A stretch of 58,888 nt of DNA, the filler included, from Sphacelaria rigidula (lineage: Eukaryota), in assembly GCA_964200075.2 (NCBI GenBank). It is 8 parts of 8 records of this genome, joined end to end, with 100 filler letters (N's around TTAATTAATTAA, not from the genome) between each part and the next. Parts side by side here need not be neighbours in the genome. Positions count along the whole stretch, not along the records: positions 44,243 to 51,515 come from CAXNAA020015677.1; positions 51,616 to 58,888 come from CAXNAA020015678.1; 6 more parts are not named here. The stretch is one strand, 5' to 3'. Each line of letters opens with the position of its first letter. Position 1 is the stretch's first letter. Both the position numbers and the translations under genes were made by a program. A model generated the notes under the pieces. That model searched no databases. It was not told the origin of the DNA and worked only from the letters and a program-made list of their open reading frames with translations. This document shows, in pieces, positions 50,156-58,888 of the stretch.

Positions 50156-50214
50156 GATGCCTAGCGGTTTTACTCGTGTTTGTCTTCCCGGCGTACGTCA
50201 ACCTCATCTCCCTG
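50156..50214 (+). CDS. TMEM104: TMEM104-like transporter exon ((G)CLAVLLVFVFPAYVNLISL)
   Basis: Long polypyrimidine tract, cgcag acceptor and gttagt donor. The phase-1 start matches the previous exon. G......F.FPA is a transmembrane motif of AAAP transporters. Confidence 0.8.
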
Positions 50215-51036
50215 GTTAGTTTTTTTTTTGTGTGTGTGTGTGCCCCGTGGCGTCGAAGCTGCTTGGGATACAAGTTACGCGTGATGTAGGTGAACACTGA
50301 AAAGCAAGTAGAACTTCGTTCCTGTGGTACGATTACTGTAATCGGAAGTCCTGGGCTTTCGTCGAAGCTAGAATGCTTGGAAATAACTCATTGCAAGCTT
50401 GTGTTTTTGTAGGGTATACCCCGAAATGGGGGATGTTTCCGTTGGCGCACCAAGCCATGCCGCAATGTGCACCGAATATGCCGGTATGGTTTGGCATGGT
50501 ATCGAGTCCTGCTCCTAACACTCTGTTACGATTCGGAAGGATATTACCGACTAAATACCTCTTTTATACTTATCTTGATACTCGAGTTTCAGCTGGTACA
50601 GCCTACAGAGCATAAATTTTGAAAATATGGACTCACCGACACACGGGTCACCGTCGATGCTGCTTCGAACCCTTACCCCGCGTTCAATGGGAATAAGGGA
50701 AAGTCTTGTACAAATGTCGCCTATATTGGCTCTTTGAAAAGTCTCGCGCGAGGAAAATACGGCCACGAGGGGCATGCCGCCTTGGAATGTCCCATTATAG
50801 CTTTACTGCCCCCCGAGGATCACAGCAAGCGTTTTGCGTTCATTTGATGCACTCAGATTGTCCTCGGGTCACCTTTATCGTTTGCCGAACACGTCATGAA
50901 ATCCTCGGGGGCTGTTGAGTTTTGTTTCGGGCTCTGTTTGTCGAGTTGCCGAATTTTTGTATCGTACGGTCATTTGTCGTTTTTTTGGCCCCAAGAACTA
51001 CAAGTAGAAGCGTTGCCATCTGAGGTGCAAACATTT

Positions 51037-51248
51037 CACACGTCGGACAGCTCATGAGCTAGCCCGTCTGGCCCCCGTTCCCTCATTTTCTCCGTGCAGC
51101 ACTAGACGCCAAGCGCACGGAGTGGCGCAAGGGTTGTGCCCTGGCTTCTTTGACCCCACGGGCACGTATTTTGTGTTTCCGCACCAAAAAAGCTTATATT
51201 CCTCCTTGACTAGGTAGTTTGAGTAGCTCATTAGCTGTCCGACGTGTG
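51037..51248. mobile_element. MITE with CACACGTCGGACAGCT..TGAGCTA inverted termini
   Basis: CACACGTCGGACAGCTCATGAGCTA ... TAGCTCATTAGCTGTCCGACGTGTG. The inverted match may extend about 15 nt further out on each side. Confidence 0.72.
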
Positions 51249-51615
51249 ACATATTTTGCATTTCCGAACAATTAGCCTTCGGAACCCCCTCCCCCCCCAA
51301 GACTCAGTGGTCAAACGACTAAGCGACTAAGGCAAGCAACACATGAGAACGCCCCCCCCAAGACTGACAACATGTGAAAAGATGATTCCTTGACGGACAC
51401 GTGTGGGGATTCGTCCCTTCTATGTGGTGATTCCCACATCACACACCCCCCCCCCCTCCCCCCTCATTCTGGTATGCACCCATGAGGCAGTGTACAAGCC
51501 GTGGCTGTCTCTGGANNNNNNNNNNNNNNNNNNNNNNNNNNNNNNNNNNNNNNNNNNNNTTAATTAATTAANNNNNNNNNNNNNNNNNNNNNNNNNNNNN
51601 NNNNNNNNNNNNNNN

Positions 51616-52028
51616 GGTACGGGTGATGGGGCTACTGTTTTAAGTGTACGAGGTGTCTTATTGTAAGAAAGCAGGGCAGGTATGTGCAGATGACAGGCTT
51701 CCAAAGTTTGTTTTCTTGTGCTTTTGCTCTTGCGGATGCAAACACCAACCCGAACCCTCCCAGAGAGACGGACGGGTGACCGCGTACAGCAGTACGTACT
51801 GCTGTATGTGCGGGGGAAACGTGTGAACTGTGCGTGTTTTACAGCCTTTGCAGCCGGGGACCCGCACTATGTAGGTCTCACAATGGTCCAAATACGCACT
51901 AAACTGGACGGTGTTCCTTATAGTGCGGCACCCGCACTAAACCGGGTTCCGTCTGTGACGAGCGATTTCAGCCGCATTAAACCGTGCAGGCGCACTATAT
52001 AACCCGCACTATACAGGGCCACCTACTG
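51616..52028. mobile_element. Right end of a TA-targeting (Tc1/mariner/pogo-like) DNA transposon
   Basis: 23-bp TIR GCACTATACAGGGCCACCTACTG at 52006-52028, followed by TA. Subterminal CCCGCACTA repeats. The left boundary is the fragment edge. Confidence 0.78.
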
Positions 52029-52427
52029 TACTTTCCGCATGACGGATCGACGAAGGGACGGGCTTGATGTGTACAACCCTGACATTGTCGGTTCCTATGC
52101 TTAATTTAATACAACCTCCGCAGGTTGGCAGCTGGCTGAGGTGGTGAGTTTGGAGGTGAACCCGGGTCAGCGGGAGTATCCACATACTCTCCGCATGACG
52201 GACTTGGGGCTGAAATACGCTATGCGACTCAAGTGGGCAGCACTCGATGAGAGCCGTGGTCGATCGGGATACTGGCGCTCGCACATCCATATACTGCGAA
52301 ACACCATCAAATATCTTACGCGTGATTGGTGATAGGGCGGGGTGGATCGATGTGGAGCTAGACGTGGTGGACGAAAGGGCCTGGGGTTCGTGACACTGAA
52401 AATAATGAGGGGGTGGGTGGGGGGGGC

Positions 52428-52858
52428 TATCCTGAGCGCGGCGAAGGGAGCTAGCTGGTCGGAGCGCCGCGAATCTGCTAGCGAGGGCGAGTAGAAGGAC
52501 GAGGCAAACGACAGATGTAATGGCTGGAGCTCGGAGAGGACTCCACTCATTTCCATTTTGTTGTTTTCTTGTGGACTTCTCTTGGTAGAATGAAATCTGG
52601 AGCCGGAGATACCGCCTCCTTCGATTTCCCCACTCCTTGCCAGGCGGATGTATCAGGAGGGGGGAAATTATTTGCAACAGTAACGTGTTTCTGTTTTCGG
52701 AGTTACATTATCTTCATTTTGCCTCAAGTAGGACTTAGACAGCGTGACTGTACTGTCGTCGAGTGTTTTCTTCTGGATTTATTTCGTCGTAGTTAGGATA
52801 TCGAAGTCAGAGTCGTCGTCTCCTTCGATTTCCCCACTCTTTGGAGGCGGACATATCA
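52428..52858 (+). mobile_element. Putative single LTR
   Basis: Starts just after the G-rich PPT (TAT rather than TGT) and may end at ...GGACATATCA. Contains the direct repeat CTCCTTCGATTTCCCCACTC. An alternative end is ...GGTGACA at 53166. Confidence 0.45.
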
Positions 52859-55800
52859 GGAGTCAGTCGATGTTCGGGGTTGGGATTGCTTATGTTAACT
52901 AGGGGAAAATGGAGAATAAACGAGCGGGGGGCGGGGGGGGATTACCAAGTGAGCTCACAGCCGGGTTATGCTGTTCGCACGAACTTCAGGTTAGTCCATG
53001 AACTAAACTTTATGTTCACAGGATGGGTTGATATCGTGAGCTCAGTTTTCAGTCTTAATACTAGGCTTGAACATACGGGTGTTCAAAGGCAATGGTTGTG
53101 GGTAAAGGGGGTGGTATCGGCGTATATGTGGAAAATTACAAAACTACAGATTTTGGTAGGGTGACAGTTTCAAGAGACTGGCACAGACACTCTTGATGAA
53201 GGAGAATTTGACACAGACAGTCCTGATGTTGGCGAAGGGGTCAAGGGTTTAGAGCCCATCCCCTCGAAGGGTGCATCTGATTGGGTGGATTGGAGAGCTT
53301 GCTGGGCAAATAGCACCTCAAGGACCTGTCGACAGAGCGGATAGAATGTGGGATGCCAGAGTGCGGCGCATCTTTTACGGGTGTGTTGGGTGCGAAGTGC
53401 TGAGATTGGCACGCCCCATCCTCGTCAGTTCTCACCAGCCCCTCAATATTTTGGGCTTGAAACAGCAGGAAAACTGGCAAGTGCAGCAAAGTATCAACGA
53501 AAGTCAATCCGAAACAAACTGTCGTCATCGCTTCTCCAGCAAGCACCCACGCTTCCACGAGGAAGCTTCTCTTGCGACAGGCTCAGCAGCTCGCTTCAGC
53601 TCTGGGTAGCAGATCACCAAGCACGACAGCCCCACGAACCTATGAGTGAGAGGCAGGAATCTCAGTGTCTCGTAAGCGAAAACCAGGTCCCTTAGAGTGG
53701 CGTCGACGACTGGTTCGCTGTGCTGCTGCTTTGCGGGAGTCGACTGTCTGCTCGAGTGCTTTTGTCGTGTCAGGTGCGAATGGTACTCGTGGTAAGGGTG
53801 GGGGTAGAGGTCCGGTCACGCGGTCCCAGCGGTCTGCTGCGGCCCCGCGCCTGGCTGTGTCCCCGCGTCGGTTTGCGGTGCGCGCAGCAAGAGCGGCGCG
53901 TGGTGATTCTGGTGCAGATTCGTCAATGCATAGTGTACATTCTGCTCGCATGCCGGATCATTCAGAGAGTGCGTTTGAGGAGTTTGATATGCAACCTGCG
54001 CATGCTAGTGAGAACTGCCCTCCGTCGCCGGAGGGTGCGGCGGGTGCTTCGGGGTCGACCCCGTTAGGTAAGGGTAAGGTTGGTAAGGATAAGGTTAGTA
54101 CGGGCGATGTGGGGCAGGTTTTGGTCCCCGAGCCCCCAGAGCAGGGTCTCGAGGTGGGAGATAATCGGTATCTGGGTCCCTTGTGGCGGCTGAGTCAAAG
54201 GTTGGTAAAACGCCCAACCTTGAAGCTGCCCTTTTGGTTTGGATAGATGCGGAGGGAAGTCCCGCACGCTCGATTGGCTAACGCCATAATGCGGCGGTTT
54301 CGCCGTCAGATGCAAGTCGTGGTAAGATTTTGGTCACAAGCAGTTGCGAAGATGGGCGCGACAGGGGTACTGTCGTGCCCCCTGCACTGCGTGCGACGAT
54401 TGCGGAGGGTTTGGCGGAGTGTATTCTGCATTCCTCAGCGCATCCGTTGGCCCCTCAGCGCATCCGTTGGCCCCCGCCGTGCCGCTTGTGCTCCGGATGT
54501 GGCAGACGCTGAGGAACAGTCTGCAAAACCGGAGGAGCACGTTGCCTCTGCTGCGGATGTGGCGACCGCGGCGTAGTCTCAGGCGCCACGGGGTTGTCGC
54601 GTGAGGGGAGATAACGACCGCACGACACCCTCCCCGCCGCCGCCGCTGATTCTTCAAGAACAGGAGTTAAGGGTTGAATTTATTGCGGAGGCCCGTGAGT
54701 TGCTGGCCCGATTGACCATGGAAGAACGTTGATTGGCGGAGGGTAATTCGGTTGCGGCGGATGAGTCATTAGCGCGACGTTTGCAGGCGGACGAAGATCG
54801 CCTTGGTCGGACGGAGGGTTCACAGTCGAAGACGATTCCTCCGCAGGTAGGGTTTGACCTTAATAGTAGCTCCCGCTCACCTGGCACTGACAAGCCCGCG
54901 GTGGGGGACGAATGGTGGAAGCGTGTGTCGGGTTCTCGCATGTATGCTGAAGTGTCACCGGGTTCCCGTCCAGCGGTGTGTGGGGGCCGTTTCGACGTGT
55001 TGCGTAACTCAACCCCGGACGAATTGTCTTGCAGGAGGCCATGGTCGGAATCGCCTGTGCGGCCAAGGCCACTGCTTCACAGAAGGCTGTGTGGGACGGT
55101 GCCTCGTAGAGGGGTGATGCGGTCATGGTCGCGGCTCAGGCGGCTGCTCGTTGATTTGCCGCCGCAGAGCGCGAGCTTGAGGTGGCTCGGGCGAAAAAGG
55201 CTCAGACGGGTGCGATCCAGGTGGACAAGCGTGCGGAGGCGGAACGGGAGGCTTCCCAATTCCTGGACTCCCGTGAACTTCGGGAGGCTGTCATTGCCGC
55301 GTGCGCGGAGCAGGCGGGGCCTCTTTTCCGCGAATGGGCCCCCCACCCCAAACAAATGAGGGGCTCCGAGGCGGTGGTGAATTGTGTCCCCGCTCCGCAG
55401 CCGATGATAGAAGGAGTTGGTGTATCCTCGGGGGTCTGCCCCTCCGGTGATGCCACCGATGTCGACGGGAGGGCGGGGGGTTGGCGTCTCCACTGTCGCC
55501 CCCAGCACTCCGACTGGGGATGTTGCGATACGTCTCGAGACGGCGGCGCCTTTGGTATCGAGCAGGGAGGAGTGGTCAGCTCTTCCGGTGGTGGCGTGGG
55601 GGCGGCGGTCGCTAACGCTGCCCTTTCGTCCACCGGGGCGGCGGTCCTCCCGGTGGACGGAGCGTTGGCGCCAGCGCGCCCGGCGACGGTCCCTCACTCG
55701 CGGGTGACGCATTGTGACAACCACGCAGCAATGGCCCGGGGGGGGTGAGGCACTGGCGCCGGGTGGGGAGCTCTTACTTCCCGCCTGACCGGGGAGTATC

Positions 55801-57298
55801 TAGAATAGGGGTTTTCCCGTTGCCCCTCGGGGGTGGCCCCGCACGCCCACCTTAAGCAACTCCGGGCTCTGAAAGGGTCTTGCCCCCCAAACCTAGCGCT
55901 GCAAGAGTGGGAACAGCAGCAGCGGGAGCTGTTGCGGAGCGGAGCGCGGGTTTTGGTACGGTTGGCCGTATCGGACGCCCTTGGTGGTGGGGGCCCTTCG
56001 CAGCTGGATGGAGCGCAAGGCACGTCGGGTTTTCAGACGGACAGGCCGACACGCCGCGACACCAAGAGGTGGGTAGGTCCAAAAGGGGGAGGGTGGTAGT
56101 GTTGTGTGTATTACTCCGGGAGAGTATGGGGTTGGGGCGGTCGCGGAGCCTTATGGGACTGAGGCTCAGTTCATTGGTGCGTTTCCAACTTCGCGTGCGT
56201 CACAAATCGCGCAGGGATACGCTGAATTGAACTTGAATTGCTTGCAGACCTCCCGAAGTTGTCACTGCCCACCGCTAATAATATGCAGCAGCTGGTTGCC
56301 TAGATTGAGGGGGTCAAGGATTCCGTCGCCGCGATGCGGATCATTGTGGGGATGAGCACCCCACTCGATGGACGAGAGGTTGGGAGAAAACCCTGCAGAA
56401 ACACCTGCAGCGGGCGGTGCGGCCGGGTGCGCCGGAGGCCCCGGACATCGTGGCTCGTATTGGGGACGCTATATCTCACGTGTCTCGCCTGCAGGCGGAG
56501 GGTGCCTCGGGGCCAGGGGCACTGGCACTTCTGGTGCGGGTATTGAGTCGGGAGTTGAGCGATCTGACACCGGATGCGGTGCTCCTGGAGCTAATTAACT
56601 TCCGGGCGGCGGAGGGACGCTTTTTGCAGACTATTTGCGTGATCTCCGGGTCCTCGTGGGTAATGTCCGGTGTTTGGGGGTAGACATGACGCCGGATCAG
56701 GCCCAAGTGCAATCCGCTGAAAAGTAGGGATCCAGGATCAATTCCCGGGTATCACTAGCAATGTTTTTGCGGGCCGTGATGACTGCGCGACACCGTTCGA
56801 GCCCGTCGAGTCGCTCATGACCAAACTAGACGCGTTAAGGTCCAACACGATGCGGGCGTAAGCGCCCCGGCTCGTGCCGAGTCCCGCGGGCGGAACTGGG
56901 CGGGGCTGGTAGCTGCCTAAAGCGAGTCATCGTCGGCCCTTCGGGGGCGGTGTGACGAGCACCATGCAGATGCACGGTTTTGACGGAAAAGACTGCGAGA
57001 CGGAGTATGTGTACATGGTGGGGTGGGGTAAGTCGGACAAGTTGTGCAAGAGCAAGGACCCTCCGTTTCACGAGCCCTTCCCCACCCGTGAGCTGAAGAA
57101 TAAAGCGCGGCAGGCGTTCGGGCCGTATTGCCTCAACTGCGGCAGCGCCGACCATACTTTGGCTCGCGAGTGTCCGGAAAGGTACATAAACAAGTCGGTT
57201 TTCACTCATAACTCACCGGGTGAGGGTACGCCGGAGGAGGTTTGCCAGAAATGGGCGCGGCGGCAGCGCTGCCTTTGCTCTTACTTGGCTGAAAGTTA

Positions 57299-57485
57299 GG
57301 CCCTCTTAGCACATCAGTTTTCGATCGAAAACGTGCGGTGGAAAACAAAAATCCCGATCTGATAGGTCGTAATGTCAACCATCGTCGTCAATTTTGAAGA
57401 TGGTTGAAATCACAGCCTATCAGGTCGGGATTTTCCTTTTCCACCGCTCGTATTCGATCGGAAACTGATGTGCCAAGACAGGGCG
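57299..57485. mobile_element. PIF/Harbinger-like palindromic MITE with TTA TSD, inserted at the end of gag
   Basis: TTA|GGCCCTCTTAGCACATCAGTTT ... AAACTGATGTGCCAAGACAGGGCG|TTA. Shares TCGAAAACGTGCG with the 38025 MITE. Confidence 0.82.
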
Positions 57486-57666
57486 TTACCCTCAGAAGAA
57501 ATGAGGATGAGACGGGAAAGTTTTGGCCGCTTCACCGGCAGCAAAGGTGTCAGTGCAAAATGATGCTTGTCGAGTTTGAAAAGGTCAGTCGTCTGTGTCA
57601 TTGGTTCCACAGCAGGCCGAGCCTGTCGTATGTGGCGAATTTTCTGTCATCTCTCACCGGCACAGC

Positions 57667-57975
57667 TGTTGTTGTTGTTTGTTTGTTTGTCGCCCTTTGA
57701 ACTCCTCCCCTTCGTCGGGACGAGTCCGTGGTCTCAAGGGATCAACCCATCTTTCCCCCAGTTCACGCGCCTTTCATTTTGGTCACGCGGATTGGGTCAG
57801 CACTCCCGCACCGCGTCAAGTCACGTCAAACGAATTCAGTCAACTACTTTGTTTACTCACGTTCTCCCGCTCTCCACGGTGGTAATCAGATACTACGAAA
57901 AAAAAAAAAAACGCATCGAGAATCGAACCCTCGTTCTCTTCACCCTAATGGCGACAGTGGGACCATGACACCCCG
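57667..57975 (-). mobile_element. SINE-like insertion (third family) at the pol deletion junction
   Basis: The minus strand has B-box-like GGTTCGATTC near its 5' end and a (CAAA/CAA)n tail. Confidence 0.55.
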
Positions 57976-58697
57976 TTGCAAAAACAACCAACAGTTTCGT
58001 GGGACCGGAGGTGATCACGGAGGGGGAATAGGTGGGTAAAAATTTACTGTTGCTGGGGATTCGTCGAAACGAGCCAGGTGTCAACATGAACTCCAAGGTG
58101 TCAGTGGTGAGGTGAAAGAGGTATTACGATCCCCACGAGGGGCCGGACAAACCGAGATTTTTGCCTTGGGGGCTTAGCCAGTACGTGATGAATGAATATT
58201 CCGAACTGTCGCCTCCTCTACATCTGACGGCGGAGGACGTCACGATGGAATTGGACGCACACTGGATATTGCCGAGAAACGCGGTCAAGCACAGGTTGTC
58301 GCGAGGGCTGGGGGGAAAGCTGGCGGTACAATTCCTCACGTATCGGGGCAGTTTGGATGTTCCCAGGTGGGAGCATGAAGCCGACCTTGCGCAGTACGGC
58401 CGGCAGGTGATTTTGAAATACTGGATGGGCGAACCGGTACAGGTGAAAGGGGACAATTCGCAACGCAGGAAATAGCGCATCCATTTGTCGAGGCGCGTAA
58501 CGGCGCACGAACGGGGTGGCTATTATGTGGCGCCGGTGTTTAAGGTGTCGAATCGATGAAGGGACGGGCCTGATATGTACAACCCTGACATCGTCGGTTC
58601 CTATGCTTATTTCAATACGACCTCCGCAGGTTGGCAGCTGGCTGAGGTGGTGGGTCTGGAGGAGAACCCGGGTCGGCAGGAGTATTGTATCCACATA

Positions 58698-58888
58698 CAG
58701 TAGGTGGCCCTGTATAGTGCAGGTATAGGACAGGCGATTTCACCCGCACTAAACCGGGCACCCGCACAATATGTTTTTTGTCCTTTATTTTGCGCATCCC
58801 GCACTAATAATGTGAACAGATTACCTCAATAGTGCGGGTCCCGCACTATGTACGCTTTTGAAGAGTTACGGGCTGGTTATGTGCGACT
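58698..58888. mobile_element. Left end of the same TA-targeting DNA transposon family
   Basis: TA|CAGTAGGTGGCCCTGTATAGTGC is the exact reverse complement of 52006-52028. The same CCCGCACTAAACCGGG and CCCGCACTATGTA subterminal motifs are present. Confidence 0.85.

Larger units (their letters stand above)
52031..58695 (+). mobile_element. Circularly permuted, pol-deleted Ty3/Gypsy chromovirus-like retroelement
   Basis: Order: pol C-terminal tail (52046-52332), polypurine tract (about 52407-52426), one putative LTR (from 52428), degenerate gag-like region (about 53640-57510, with DESLARRLQ and zinc knuckle CLNCGSADHTLAREC), then integrase C-terminal and chromodomain-like region (about 57985-58695, KHRLSRGLGGKLAVQFLTYRGSLDVPRWEHEADL). 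No PR, RT, RH or integrase core motifs seen. Confidence 0.8.

Noticed and set aside
3022-50214. SNF1, ferredoxin, epimerase and transporter as a metabolic gene cluster
   Set aside because: Each gene is on a different, artificially joined fragment.
7275-51615. Regularly spaced TTAATTAATTAA as a biological repeat or CRISPR-like array
   Set aside because: It is always centred in 44+44 Ns at fragment joins and is a synthetic six-frame stop linker.

Overview
This window is not one locus. It is eight fragments (four of 7,274 bp and four of 7,273 bp) joined by seven identical 100-nt spacers (44 N + TTAATTAATTAA + 44 N), which sums to exactly 58,888. Fragments: 1-7274, 7375-14648, 14749-22022, 22123-29396, 29497-36769, 36870-44142, 44243-51515, 51616-58888. 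The DNA is from an intron- and repeat-rich eukaryote, most likely a brown alga (inferred from a mannuronan C5-epimerase-like exon, an A-F-V-P plastid-targeting motif and TTAGGG repeats). Four partial genes were rebuilt by hand from GT-AG exons: the C-terminal domain of an SNF1/AMPK alpha kinase, an FdC1-type 2Fe-2S ferredoxin, exon 1 of a secreted mannuronan C5-epimerase, and a TMEM104-like transporter. The rest is mostly decayed mobile DNA: Ty3/Gypsy LTR elements, RTE-like LINEs, tRNA-derived SINEs, MITE/foldback elements and satellites. Most ORFs in the supplied track are spurious. The most unusual structure is fragment 8, a circularly permuted, pol-deleted LTR element. It is bracketed by the right and left ends of one TA-targeting DNA transposon family, and the two junctions rejoin into a single insertion site. 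I found no support for a new multi-gene system. All family assignments come from motif recognition, not database searches.
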